From Eledone cirrhosa (taxonomy: Eukaryota): a DNA stretch of 64,000 nucleotides. The position numbers were made by a program, and so were the translations under genes. The notes under the pieces are model-generated. The model was not told the DNA's origin and made no database searches. It saw only the letters and a program-made list of their open reading frames with translations. Shown in pieces: positions 19,217 to 34,150 of the stretch; positions within the stretch are counted from its first letter, which is position 1; each line of letters starts with the position of its first letter. Location of the stretch: assembly GCA_964016885.1 (NCBI GenBank), contig OZ024740.1, forward strand, positions 117,490,001 through 117,554,000, written 5' to 3'.

Positions 19217-22167
19217 ATGTCAGGGGCCTGGTGAAACTCAGTAACATGAGTAACATTTCCTACCTGGGAGACTTAGCCATAAGCAATCAAGCACTATGCA
19301 TGGCACTAACCGAAACGCACCTGACAAGCAGTATAGCAGATGCAGAAATACATATACCGAAATATACTGTATTTCGTTCGGTCAGGAAGGAGAGAACTCA
19401 TGGTGGGGTTGCTCTGTATATCCGTGAAGATGTCACACCAATTGTACTGTTGACACATTCAAACTCAGTCTGTGACACACTGATAATACATATGAAGCAA
19501 CTACAGACAGTAATATGTGTCACATATCGGCCGCCCGATGCCCCCAGTCATGAGGGTAAATTTGAGGATAGCCTAAGTAGGATAGAAGAGGTCCTTGACA
19601 AACTGGACCAGGGTCTCAACATCCTACTGCTGGGAGACTTCAACCTACCAAAGGTCAAATGGCCTGAGGGCCATCTCCTCCCTGGAATGACGTCAATAGA
19701 ACAGAGACAGACGGAATCCCTGCTGGCCCTCACACACAGGCTGTTCATGGAGCAAGCAATACTCCTCCCAACAAGAGACGAAAATGTCCTGGACCTCTGT
19801 TTTACAAACAACGAAGTGCTCATCCACAATGTAAAGGTGACACCAACAATTCTCTCGGATCATAACTTAGTAGAGCTAATGATATGTGGTCCAAGAGAAC
19901 CAACAGAGACAAAACCACCAAGAAGCTCCGGGACGCTATCCAGCCTTAACTTCTACAAGCTAACTGGAAAAAGATTAAGAGTGAAATCCGGAAGCAAACA
20001 TGGAGTGAAAACACCGCCACACAAGACACTAACACACACTTTCAACACTTCATGACAACGATACACACTATATGCAAAAAGTTTGTCCCGGAGAAAGAGG
20101 CAAACAGACACAAAAATCTTATTCCCAGAGATAGGAAAATCATTATGAGACGTAGAACTAAACTCTCAAACCAGTTGAATAGTCAACAAAACAAAAACAA
20201 GAAGGAATCCTATTTGAAACGTGCACTACTTGACACCGAGATTGCACTCAAATTTAACATGAGAATGAGAGGGCAAAGAAAGAGAACAGGGCCATAGAAA
20301 ACATTAAAACAAACCCTAAGGCCTTCTTTAAATTTGCAAAAGAAACTGCCTCAGTACACTGCAAGATTGGGCCACTCTTCCACACGGACGGTTCATTAAC
20401 CGAAAACCCCCAAGAGATATGTGAAATACTGAACGAACAGTACAAAAGTGTGTTCACATGTCCACTGAGGCACATGCAAATAACGAAGCCAGAGGAGTTC
20501 TTTGATGCCACAACACTACATCAAGAAATGGCAACCATCAACCACATAGACATAACGGAGGAGGATGTGGTGTACGCCATTGATGAAATTAGAACAGACT
20601 CGGCTGCTGGACCTGATGGATTCCCAGCAGTTCTCTTAAAAATATGTAAGCGGGCCTTAGCAACTCCACTGAAGATGCTCTTCAGAAGCTCCTTGGCTAG
20701 CGGTGTACTACCCGGGGAGCTGAAAGAAGGTACAATATGCCCTATCCATAAAGGAGGTAGTAGAACGGAGGCCAAGAACTATAGGCCAGTCTCCCTGACG
20801 TCGCATATCAGTAAGGTCATGGAGCGAGTCGTCAGAAAGAAACTAATCACTTTCCTCGAAGAAAATGACCGCCTGACTAGCACGCAACATGGCTTCCGCC
20901 CAGGAAGAAGCTGCCTTACACAGCTGCTACATCACTACGACTGGGTACTGAGACAACTACTAGACAGCTCACATGTAGACGTGATAAATCGTGACTTTGC
21001 GAAGGCCTTTGACAAGGTCGACAACGGAATGATATGTCACAAACTGCACGGACTCGGCATAACTGGAAAAGTAGGTGAGTGGCTGCAATACTTCCTAAAG
21101 GACAGAAGCCAGGCAGTCACCGCAAATGGGGCCCTCTCAAAGGCAACACCAATAACAAGTGGGGTGCCCCAGGGGACAGTCCTGGGACCACTACTGTTTT
21201 TGGTGGCTCTCTCGGACATGCCCTCTGTGGTGCATGCAACAACTTCCCTCACTAGCTATGCTGATGACACTAAGGTAGCACAGGCAATCAAAAACCCGGC
21301 TGACGCTGCCCTTTTACAGCAGGATCTGGATGCCATATACAGATGGGCGGAAGAAAACAACATGCAGTTTAATGCTGGCAAATTCCAAGCCCTACAATAC
21401 AAACCTGCAAACACAAATATAGTGGAACACAGCTACACAGGACCAGGAGAGACCGATATCCCCGTGTCAAAATCGATACGAGACCTGGGCATAGACATGA
21501 GCGATGATGCATCTTTTTCTTCACACATCATGAAAGGGGCGACAACGTGCAGATGACTCGCTGGCTGGATCTTGAGGACTTTCCGGACAAGAGATCGAGA
21601 CACCATGTTGACACTGTGGAGGACTTTTGTCCTAAGCCGCCTGGACTACTGCTCCCAGTTGTGGTCACCCTATAGTGTCAAACTAACCACGGAGCTTGAG
21701 GCAATCCAGCGAAGCTACACCAAGAGGATTGCCAAGATGAGGTAGACAAGCTACTGGGAGAGGCTGAAGGAACTGAACCTCTACTCCTTGGAGCGAAGAC
21801 GGGAGAGATACGCAGTGATCTACATGTGGAAAATCCTGGAGGGACTAGCACCAAACTTTGGCATTGGGAGCTGGACCAACCGTCGAACAGGACGTCACTG
21901 TGTGGTGCCAAAGGTCCCGTCTTCCACATCTAGAATAAGGAGCATGTATTGCAATAGCCTGGGATTCAAGGGCCTCAACTCTTCAACAGGCTGCCGAGGC
22001 ATCTGAGAGAGTTGCATGACGTGGAGGTGGATGTCTTTAAGAAACATCTCGACACCCTGTTATCCAGGTTCCCGGATGAGCCCAAAGCAAGACACGAGGG
22101 AAACCTAAGGGCAGCAGCAACAAACTCCCTCTTACAACAGTGGCCAACGTATACAGGCTGGAGATAA
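19024..22167 (+). pseudogene. LINE family 1 ORF2 (APE-RT) with frameshifts and stops
   Basis: Split over ORFs 19135-20055, 20052-20297, 20450-21556 and 21788-22006, with internal stops near 21554 and 21743. Confidence 0.9.
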
Positions 22168-22248
22168 AATGTGTAGCAACAAGGGCGGTGCCCCAGCATG
22201 GCATCAGATGGATGGCTGAAACAGGTAAAAGAGTAAAAGAGTAATATA

Positions 22249-22282
<34 letters not shown>

Positions 22283-22289
22283 CATATAC

Positions 22290-22338
<49 letters not shown>

Positions 22339-22350
22339 CATATAAATATA

Positions 22351-22388
<38 letters not shown>

Positions 22389-22400
22389 CATATAAATATA

Positions 22401-22432
<32 letters not shown>

Positions 22433-22469
22433 CATATATATATACATATATATATATACATATATATAC

Positions 22470-22590
<121 letters not shown>

Positions 22591-22625
22591 CATATATATA
22601 AATATACATATATATAAATATATAC

Positions 22626-22770
<145 letters not shown>

Positions 22771-22807
22771 CATATATATATACATATATATATACATATA
22801 TATAAAC

Positions 22808-22858
<51 letters not shown>

Positions 22859-22907
22859 CATATATATATACATATATATATACATATATATAAACATATA
22901 TATATAC

Positions 22908-22938
<31 letters not shown>

Positions 22939-22969
22939 CATATATATATATACATATATATATATAGAC

Positions 22970-23034
<65 letters not shown>

Positions 23035-23088
23035 CATATATACATATATACATATATATATATATACACATATATATATATATATACA

Positions 23089-23126
23089 TACACCCAAGGC
23101 TTGGGCCCCGTGCTATCCGTCCCATT

Positions 23127-23191
<65 letters not shown>

Positions 23192-23194
23192 TAC

Positions 23195-23225
<31 letters not shown>

Positions 23226-23605
23226 CACACATATATATATATATATACATACACCCAAGGCTTGGGCCCGTGCTATCCGTCCCATTCAAAAATCTAAATC
23301 GCAACTCATAACAACAATACGGCACAATTTTTTCACCTCAATCGGCCCTGCTCTCTTCAACATCACACCAGGACACGTCAAAACAGAAACTGACCACACA
23401 AAATTCAAGAAGTCTTTGGACAAATTCCTCCAAGTAATCCCGGACAAACCACCCACACCCGGATATGTCTCCGCAAACAGTAATTCTCTTCTCGAATGGG
23501 CCATGGTGCCAAAATCCTGAATTGAAAGACTTCGCCAGGTGGTGCTATTAAGTTAGACATGGCCTGGGCCAATACTGGCCAAAACATTTCAAAGTTATTC
23601 AAAGT

Positions 23606-23607
<2 letters not shown>
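23089..23607 (+). mobile_element. 5'-truncated copy of LINE family 2 (23249-23607) preceded by a ~42-bp duplicate of its 5' junction (23089-23130)
   Basis: Nearly identical to 38904-39263, including the TTCAAAGTTA tail. Confidence 0.93.
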
Positions 23608-23653
<46 letters not shown>

Positions 23654-23896
23654 CATATATACATATATATATATACACATATATATATATACATATATAT
23701 ATATATACATATATATATACATATATATACATATATATACATATACATATATATACATATATATACATATATATACATATATACATATATATACATATAT
23801 ATACATATATATACATATATATATATACATATATATACATATATATATATACATATATATACATATATATACATATATATATATACATATATATAC

Positions 23897-24029
<133 letters not shown>

Positions 24030-24316
24030 CATATATATATACATTTATACATACATATATATAAACATATATATATACATATATATATATATATACAGTA
24101 TTTTCCGTTGTGTTGTAATATAAATATTACACACAGTAGATTATCAGCTCACGTAGAGTTTGCTCGACGGTTCCAGTTGTAGTTCCAAAAGTAATCCGGA
24201 GAAAAATAGAAAGATTTGAATGGATACAGTTTAGTTGAAAGGAATTTATTGACACGTGTTTCTATAACAGTTACATAACCTAAAACAGCTATCTACAAAC
24301 TTTTAGTTATGCAGAC

Positions 24317-24360
24317 ATTCAATATTTCAATGTTATTATTTACTGTCATTTCATCAGAAT
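24317..24360 (-). ncRNA. Hammerhead-like motif of PLE family B (left arm)
   Basis: Reverse complement of 27251-27294. Confidence 0.5.
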
Positions 24361-24948
24361 AATATTACTGAGGACCTATTTAGTTTTTATAGAGAATATT
24401 AGGAGGGAGGGGTGAAGTTGTTAGAAGAATAGTTGAAGGAGTGGTTTTTCGATAGCAGTGAGAATTCTTGGTGGCAGTGAGTAATTAGATTCCCATCTGT
24501 TGTTTTGACATTTTTTATGGAATATATTATTGGTTATTTTTCTAAATCTATAGAAGGATTAGAGATAGTGAAGATATGTGTGGTTGGTTTTGTGTTTGCA
24601 CTTAATTAACATTCAGACTTAAATTTTTCTTTCAAGTGTACGTATCCTTTCACCCACGCATTCACACACAAATATATTTGCACACCTCTACAAAATACAT
24701 ATACACACAATTCACATATTCATACTTACATATATATACACATGCATACACATATATATACACACATGTATTCATGTACATACATACGCGCTCATGTGTA
24801 TACATTTTCATACTCAACTTATCTTTATATACACACGTATAGACACACACATATATACATACATACTCTAGTCCATGTGTACACACATACACATACATAC
24901 ACATCCATATACACATATATACATACACATATATACATACATATATAC

Positions 24949-24991
<43 letters not shown>

Positions 24992-25016
24992 CATACACAA
25001 ACATACATATACACAC

Positions 25017-25049
<33 letters not shown>

Positions 25050-25115
25050 AGCACTTTAATACATGAATACACTTACATCTAACTATACACATCAAACATA
25101 TATATATATTTACTT

Positions 25116-25234
25116 GCCATTCTGAGTTCAAATCCCGCCGAGGTTAACTTTGCCTTTCATCCTTACGGGGTCGATAAAATAAAGTACCAGTAATGTACTG
25201 GGTAATTTTCTGGCCTTGTGCCAATAGTAGAAAC
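25116..25234 (+). mobile_element. 5'-truncated tRNA-derived SINE with 20-bp target site duplication
   Basis: GTTCAAATCCC B-box and SINE core. TSD ACATATATATATATTTACTT at 25096-25115 and 25235-25254. The empty site is in the other arm near 26502-26521. Confidence 0.92.
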
Positions 25235-26615
25235 ACATATATATATATTTACTTATTTATATACATTTTCACATATATATACATACTTATGGACGTTTTT
25301 AGACACATTCATTATCGCATATTTGTACCTATTCTCATCAGCATATCTTTTCATTATTAGTATGGTAATTTAAGGTTATTAATATATGTTGAGAAGAGAT
25401 TGTTTTTATATTTTTCTAACTAGATTAAGGTTTATATAGTTGGGGGATGTCCCTCTTTTATGTAATATTCGGCTTGTAGTGGGAAAAAAGGGTTTTAGTT
25501 CTGTGACGGCAGAATAATGTTCGTTCAATTCTGTTATTCAGCAGTTTCTTCTTGTGTGTGATTATGTAATAAATCTCAAGATTACACAATTTGCAGAAAT
25601 TTTGGCTCCTGGAAAAGCTTCGGGTTTTAGCTAATTTTTCCCATTTTAGGGTAAACTTTTGATCGCTATCCCTGAGCGTCCAAGCTTTTTCTGCTAGAGT
25701 TGTTACATTTCTTTGGCTCTGGTGTTTTATTGAGTAAGAATGCCTATACAATCGAGATTTAAACGATGTTGCCGTTGATCCCACGTAATACCACTCGTTG
25801 CCTCCGGATTTAATGGTACACTTATAAATAATATTTTTTTCCAGGCAGTTATTGCCGAGGGGGCAGTTGTCAGGATAGGTGCAGTTACAGTTGTGTAACT
25901 GCAATAACTGCCTGGAAAAAAATATTATTTATAAGTGTACCATTAAATCCGGAGGCAACGAGTGGTATTACGTGGGATCAACGGCAACATCGTTTAAATC
26001 TCGATTGTATAGGCATTCTTACTCAATAAAACACCAGAGCCAAAGAAATGTAACAACTCTAGCAGAAAAAGCTTGGACGCTCAGGGATAGCGATCAAAAG
26101 TTTACCCTAAAATGGGAAAAATTAGCTAAAACCCAAAGCTTTTCCAGGAGCCAAAATTTCTGCAAATTGTGTAATCTTGAGATTTATTACATAATCACAC
26201 ACAAGAAGAAACTGCTGAATAACAGAATTGAACGAACATTATTCTGCCGTCACAGAACTAAAACCCTTTTTTCCCACTACAAGCCGAATATTACATAAAA
26301 GAGGGACATCCCCCAACTATATAAACCTTAATCTAGTTAGAAAAATATAAAAACAATCTCTTCTCAACATATTTTAATAACCTTAAATTACCATACTAAT
26401 AATGAAAAGATATGCTGATAAGAATAGGTACAAATAAGCGATAATGAATGTGTCTAAAAACGTCCATAAGTATGTATATATATGTGAAAATGTATATAAA
26501 TAAGTAAATATATATATATGTTTGATGTGTATAGTTAGATGTAAGTGTATTCATGTATTAAAGTGCTTATATATATATATATATGTATATGTGTGTATAT
26601 GTATGTTTGTGTATG

Positions 26616-26662
<47 letters not shown>

Positions 26663-27250
26663 GTATATATGTATGTATATATGTGTATGTATATATGTGT
26701 ATATGGATGTGTATGTATGTGTATGTGTGTACACATGGACTAGAGTATGTATGTATATATGTGTGTGTCTATACGTGTGTATATAAAGATAAGTTGAGTA
26801 TGAAAATGTATACACATGAGCGCGTATGTATGTACATGAATACATGTGTGTATATATATGTGTATGCATGTGTATATATATGTAAGTATGAATATGTGAA
26901 TTGTGTGTATATGTATTTTGTAGAGGTGTGCAAATATATTTGTGTGTGAATGCGTGGGTGAAAGGATACGTACACTTGAAAGAAAAATTTAAGTCTGAAT
27001 GTTAATTAAGTGCAAACACAAAACCAACCACGCATATCTTCACTATCTCTAATCCTTCTATAGATTTAGAAAAATAACCAATAATATATTCTATAAAAAA
27101 CGTCAAAACAACAGATGGGAATCTAATTACACACTGCCACCAAGAATTCTCACTGCTATCGAAAAACCACTCCTTCAACTATTCTTCTAACAACTTCACC
27201 CCTCCCTCCTAATATTCTCTATAAAAACTAAATAGGTCCTCAGTAATATT

Positions 27251-27294
27251 ATTCTGATGAAATGACAGTAAATAATAACATTGAAATATTGAAT
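27251..27294 (+). ncRNA. Hammerhead-like motif of PLE family B (right arm), non-canonical G at the cleavage position
   Basis: att CTGATGA AATG...CATT GAAA tat TG aat. Confidence 0.5.
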
Positions 27295-27422
27295 GTCTGC
27301 ATAACTAAAAGTTTGTAGATAGCTGTTTTAGGTTATGTAACTGTTATAGAAACACGTGTCAATAAATTCCTTTCAACTAAACTGTATCCATTCAAATCTT
27401 TCTATATATATTTATATACATA

Positions 27423-27564
<142 letters not shown>

Positions 27565-27629
27565 CATATATATATACATATATATAAACATATATATATA
27601 CATATATATATATACATATATATATATAC

Positions 27630-27772
<143 letters not shown>

Positions 27773-27779
27773 CATATAC

Positions 27780-27845
<66 letters not shown>

Positions 27846-27934
27846 ATATATATATATATATTATATATACATGTATATATATATGTATATATATGTATAT
27901 ATATGTGTATATATATATATATATAGAGAGAGAT

Positions 27935-27998
<64 letters not shown>

Positions 27999-28088
27999 GT
28001 ATATATATGTATATATATATATGTATATATATATTGTATATATAAATGTATATATAAATACATGTATATACATGTATATATATATACA

Positions 28089-28121
<33 letters not shown>

Positions 28122-28125
28122 ATAC

Positions 28126-28156
<31 letters not shown>

Positions 28157-28270
28157 CATGTATATATATATACATGTATATACATGTATATATATATACA
28201 TATATATATACATATATATATATATACATATATATATATACATATATATACATATATATACATATATATA

Positions 28271-28477
28271 ACGTAGGAGGTGAGTTTTATTGTAGTACAA
28301 TAAAGCAATATGTTGATTTAAAACTGCACTATCCACAAGTGTTTTTTAGCCTTCATATCATGTTCTCCTGTTTTATCTGATGAAAACACAAATATTATTG
28401 CATGATGATGTTTGTTTTTGAAATGCGCATGATAAAATACATGGAACTCCTTTAACCATCTTTTGATCTTATATTAC
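28271..28477 (+). repeat. Short non-coding island (family E) with a hammerhead-like motif at 28371-28437
   Basis: TTTTAT CTGATGA AAACA...TGTTTTT GAAA TGCGCA TG ATAAAA, flanked by (TA)n on both sides. Confidence 0.55.
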
Positions 28478-28493
28478 ATATATATATATATAC

Positions 28494-28536
<43 letters not shown>

Positions 28537-29275
28537 TATACATATACATATATATACATATATATACATATACATATATATATACATATATATACATATA
28601 CACATATATACATATATATACATATACATATATATACATATACATATATATACATATATATACATATAAATATATATACATATATATATATAAATATACA
28701 TACATATATATATATATATATACATATATATATACATACATATACATATATATACACACATATATATACACACACATATATATATATATATTAAGACAGG
28801 GGGGGAAGAAAAAAAATGGCTTCACTTGTGCTTTCAACAAATTTATTTTCTTCATAAAATCCAAAAAGAATTTTTTCTGGATTAGAACAAATTTTTTTTT
28901 TTTTTTCTTTCTTAAAAAAAATTATTTTATAAATTAAGTTAGGTCTTAGGAGTTCTTGGTTAACGTAGGAGGTATTGTTTCGTTTTTCGAACGACCTTTG
29001 ACGCTGAGGTGTGATTGTCAAACTGATGTGTATGTGGTGTTTTGTTTTATATATAGGGATTTGACATGTCTGTGGTGTGGTCGGTTCTTTTTTTTTTTTT
29101 TTTAAATAAGTGTATGGGTGTAGGTGTGTTGAAAAAGTGTTAATAGCAGTAATGAGTTGAAACGGTGAGTAGGGTTGGGTGGGGAGGAATGTAGCAAGTG
29201 CGGCCTGCCCCGGTCATTCTCGAAAAATTCCTTTATTCAGGGGATTCCTTTGTGGTCACAGAATGGTCACAGGCA

Positions 29276-29375
<100 letters not shown>

Positions 29376-29376
29376 C

Positions 29377-29422
<46 letters not shown>

Positions 29423-29432
29423 ATATATACAC

Positions 29433-29541
<109 letters not shown>

Positions 29542-29648
29542 CATATATATATACATATATATATACATATATATATACATATATATATACATATATATAT
29601 ATATATACATATATATATCTATATATATATATATACATATATATATAC

Positions 29649-29721
<73 letters not shown>

Positions 29722-29860
29722 TATATGTAAAAGAGAAAATTGAGAGTGTATAACACTCAACTTATCAGATAGGCAGTATATGGTTAGCTCAATGTCTGAA
29801 GACAGAGCCGTAATACAATTAACAACAAAGAGCGCTTAGAACATAGGTATATCTTTAATT

Positions 29861-29904
29861 GCTGACAATGTTTCGTCCCCACTAAAAGTGGGACTCTTCA
29901 GAGC
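29861..29904 (-). ncRNA. Type I minimal hammerhead ribozyme (PLE family C, inverted copy)
   Basis: GCT CTGAAGA GTCCCAC tttta GTGGGGAC GAAAC att GTC AGC. Confidence 0.88.
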
Positions 29905-30018
29905 TTAAAGAGTAGATACAGAGTATAGAAGCATTAACAAATCCCAAACAGAAGAATATAATGTGGGGATATCATAAGGTGGGAGGAATTTAAAGTATTT
30001 TTCATGTAAGAGATCAGG

Positions 30019-30257
30019 AATAAAAAATAAAAAATAAAAAATAAAAAATAAAAAATAAAAAATAAAAAATAAAAAATAAAAAATAAAAAATAAAAAATAA
30101 AAAATAAAAAATAAAAAATAAAAAATAAAAAACGAAAAACGAAAAACAAAAAACAAAAAACAAAAAACAAAAAACAAAAAACAAAAAACAAAAAACAAAA
30201 AACAAAAAATAAAAAATAAAAAATAAAAAATAAAAAATAAAAAATAAAAAATAAAAT
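30019..30257 (+). repeat. Heptamer tandem repeat (AAAAAAT/AAAAAAC)n
   Basis: Seen directly. It is much shorter in the sister arm near 33943-33990. Confidence 0.95.
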
Positions 30258-30996
30258 CAAGCAAAAGATAGTGAATATGAGGAATATACTAATACTAATA
30301 AGGATACGGATTTAAAATGTTATCACTCACAGTTGGGTAGGGTTATATTATGACCGGCAATAATGGAAGCAATGATGTGATTGGTTAACACACAGCTACG
30401 TATGCACACACTCACATAAAAGTATACGTATAAGCATGAGCACCCGCATGCACCTACACGCAAGCACCCATATGCAATACAGAAAGTATACACTAATACA
30501 AATAACATATCAAAAACGGATGGGCACATACTCCATACTGTGACAAAATATAGCAATAACAGTAGAAACGATGACATATAACATGGAGGAGTACAATATA
30601 AAGAAATATAATAAATTATAAAAACATATAAAAATATGGGAACATAAGGACAAATAACGGAAGGAACATACATGGTAGGAAACTCATAAGGAGTACACCG
30701 TAATAGATGAGAAATAAACAATAAAGAAATAAGAATATAAAAAGTATAAAATGCATAAAATGCATGGTAAAAAAATTTTTTTTAAAGAAGTTAAGAGATA
30801 AAAATAGATAAAAACTAGATAAAAAATAGATAAAAAATAAAGTAAAATATACACCATAAAGGAAGGTGTGAATAAAGATGAGACTGGCAAAGGTATAAGT
30901 TATTAAGCTATGTGCAACAAGTGATATACGTAAAATATATAAAATATATAAAAGAAACATATATAAGGATATATATATATACACATTTATAAAAAT

Positions 30997-31423
30997 AACT
31001 GTAGAAGGGCTTCAAGCTGCCCCCTGAATGGTTTCTGCCTTACTAGAAACATAGTTTATGCGTGTGATGTGGTAACTACTGCATCCACTAAAACTTATAT
31101 TGGATCAACTTCTACCTCTTTTAAAACCAGATTCAACTCTCACCAGTGTACATTTAGACATAATAAACTTAAGAATTCTACTTCCTTGGCAGCGCACGTC
31201 CACAATTTAAAAAATGCACGAACACAGTACACCCTCGCTTGGCGGCAAGTTGCTAAATCCCATCCCTATACTCCTCATAATAGAGTATGTAACCTTTGCC
31301 TTATGGAATCCCACTCTATTATATTCGCCAAAATGCTCCCTGCTTAATAGAAAGTCAGAAATATTTTCTTCTTGCCCCCACCAGATATTAAGCTCTTTCT
31401 TTTATTTTAAGCCTATTAGCTAA
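30997..31423 (+). pseudogene. GIY-YIG endonuclease remnant of PLE family C
   Basis: ORF 31069-31347 plus a frameshifted end LLNRKSEIFSSCPH. Confidence 0.85.
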
Positions 31424-32313
31424 CACTTTCAGAATTCTCCAGTTGGGTAATCTAGTGTAATTGTCTCATATTGTTTGTTTTGTCTGTTTGTGTATGAATC
31501 TGTGTGTATATGTATGCCTGCATGGGATTATGGAATTTTGATATCGTGGGGTATATGTGAGTTGGTGTATATGTTGATAAGCACCCTTGTTCGGTACAGT
31601 GGATGTGACCCATCCATACTTGCCCAGCCACCGTGTGTGTGTTGTGCACTGGGGGGTCTATCCCAACGTGTATTGAGTTGATTTGTACCTTTATATACTC
31701 ATGAGTTGTGATGTATTACATCTATGTAAAGTGTGTACTGCCTTATAAGATTTATATTTGGCCAGCCCCTCACCTTTTATTTAAATTACTTTTGTTGACT
31801 CTGAGTAAACCAATGGGCCTGTGCCCATATTGGACGGTGATTTAGCCAGTCACTGTGGGCTGACCTGTGCCATCTCGCCGTGGGCAGTAGTTATGGAGTA
31901 CATGTATGTGTTACCCTCCTACTCTGCGGTTCACAGTTTACATGCTGATTTTGTGGTGTTTTTGCCTGGTGTTGTGTTTTTGACACAGTTGGCCTTCCGT
32001 AGATTGATGCTCTCTGTGTGTATTCTCCCAATAATAACGTCTTGGCCCTGATAACCTTCCGTATTTATTAACGGTTTGTTTATACTTGAATCCGGTGACT
32101 ACACGTGTGAATACTCATATTCTCATGGGGTTTAATTTTAAGTTTGATCGTGATTGCTCTGGTTGATTACTCCTATTGGTTGTTGTTCCTCTGTTGCTGT
32201 GAAACTACATTATCTGTGACCAGTGAAAACACCTGTTGTGGGTTTATGACTTTTGATAGCTGGGTAAGACACTTTGTGCACTATATCCGCATAAATTTTG
32301 GGTGACCGGTGTT

Positions 32314-32349
<36 letters not shown>

Positions 32350-32352
32350 GTG

Positions 32353-32399
<47 letters not shown>

Positions 32400-34106
32400 T
32401 GTCTCTGGGCTAACCCTACCTGTATTCTTGTGATGCCAGCGACATTACTCAGTGTTGTAATTTTGAGAGGTTATCGGCTCTGAAAGCTATTTACTATGCA
32501 CGTTGTTGAGTGTTAAATTTGCCACTTGTATTTTGTATTTAGTATTTTATATTAAGTGGTATGCATAATAATAACCTGCTTCACCTAACCGTATGGAACC
32601 ATCTGCTTTTGCCTGCTTTTATTCACTGATATGCACCTCAATTGTTTGCCCTTTGATGTTCGCACTGCTATATAAGAATTTGCCTGCAACCTTCCCAGCA
32701 TATGTTCCTGCTTGTGATACATCTTGTCAACCAATGATTTCTGCCTGAGTACTCAACTTTATGAATGCACATCTGCGGATTGAACTTTGAAGTACGAATT
32801 TTTGGGATTGTCTAACCTAGGATGTCTCCATTATATTGTAATAATCCACTCATCTAATGTGGACATCGCATCTGCTTATAAAGGTCTCATTCGAACACTC
32901 TATTGTTGGACTGCTGCTAATTGCAACACCTAAAATGTTCTTGTATTCCTGATATATTCCTTATATCACCATGAATCAATATTAGTGTCACCTTATAATT
33001 TCTAAATTTTCTTAAAACATTATGAGTACTTTTTATTAGTATTTAACAAAATTTTTATTTTTATTTTATTTTATTTTATTTTATTAACTCAATTTACTGA
33101 CATTATTTCCAATATTAGGAAACTAGCACCTATACTACTATTATCATTACATGCCTTCATTATCATCCATATTATCCTTATTACCTTATTTACCCCCAGT
33201 TATTTTTATAAATGTGTATATATATATATCCTTATATATATGTTTCTTTTATATATTTTATATATTTTACGTATATCACTTGTTGCACATAGCTTAATAA
33301 CTTATACCTTTGCCAGTCTCATCTTTATTCACACCTTCCTTTATGGTGTATATTTTACTTTATTTTTTATCTATTTTTTATCTAGTTTTTATCTATTTTT
33401 ATCTCTTAACTTCTTTAAAAAAATTTGTTTTACCATGCATTTTATGCATTTTATACTTTTTATATTCTTATTCCTTTATTGTTTATTTCTCATCCATTAC
33501 GGTGTACTCCTTATGAGTTTCCTACCATGTATGTTCCTTCCGTTATTTGTCCTTATGTTCCCATATTTTTATATGTTTTTATAATTTATTATATTTCTTT
33601 ATATTGTACTCCTCCATGTTATATGTCATCGTTTCTACTGTTATTGCTATATTTTGTCACAGTATGGAGTATGTGCCCATCCGTTTTTGATATGTTATTT
33701 GTATTAGTGTATACTTTCTGTATTGCATATGGGTGCTTGCGTGTAGGTGCATGCGGGTGCTCATGCTTATACGTATAATTTTATGTGAGTGTGTGCATAC
33801 GTAGCTGTGTGTTAACCAATCACATCATTGCTTCCATGATTGCCGGTCATAATATAACCCTACCCAACTGTGAGTGATAACATTTTAGATCCGTATCCTT
33901 ATTAGTATTAGTATATTCCTCATATTCACTATCTTTTGCTTGATTTTATTTTTTATTTTTTATTTTTTATCTTTTATTTTTTATCCTTTATTCCTTATCT
34001 CTTACATGAAAAATACTTTAAATTCCTCCCACCTTATGATATCCCCACATTATATTCTTCTGTTTTGGATTTGTTAATGCTTCTATACTCTGTATCTACT
34101 CTTTAA

Positions 34107-34150
34107 GCTCTGAAGAGTCCCACTTTTAGTGTGGACGAAACATTGTCAGC
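34107..34150 (+). ncRNA. Type I minimal hammerhead ribozyme (PLE family C), GUC cleavage after 34147
   Basis: GCT CTGAAGA GTCCCAC tttta GTGTGGAC GAAAC att GTC AGC. Confidence 0.88.

Larger units (their letters stand above)
18720..22244 (+). mobile_element. CR1-group LINE family 1, 5'-truncated within ORF1, ORF2 disrupted
   Basis: CCCH-type ORF1 remnant, APE endonuclease (NVRGL, LTETHL, GDFNLP, SDHNL), RT (YRPVSL, QHGF, DFAKAFD, GVPQG, YADD) and a GTAAAAGA tail, flanked by (TA)n. Confidence 0.95.
24098..27403. mobile_element. PLE family B: palindromic pair of 3' fragments (GIY-YIG plus 3' UTR)
   Basis: ORFs 25458-25904 (-) and 25879-26298 (+) encode an almost identical endonuclease (IIYKC...YYVGST...CKLCNLE; the linker CNCTYPDNCPLGNNC is complete only on the left). 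Arms are about 24210-25855 and 25901-27403. Confidence 0.92.

Noticed and set aside
29905-30264. Phe-rich membrane-protein-like ORFs
   Set aside because: They are translations of the heptamer tandem repeat.
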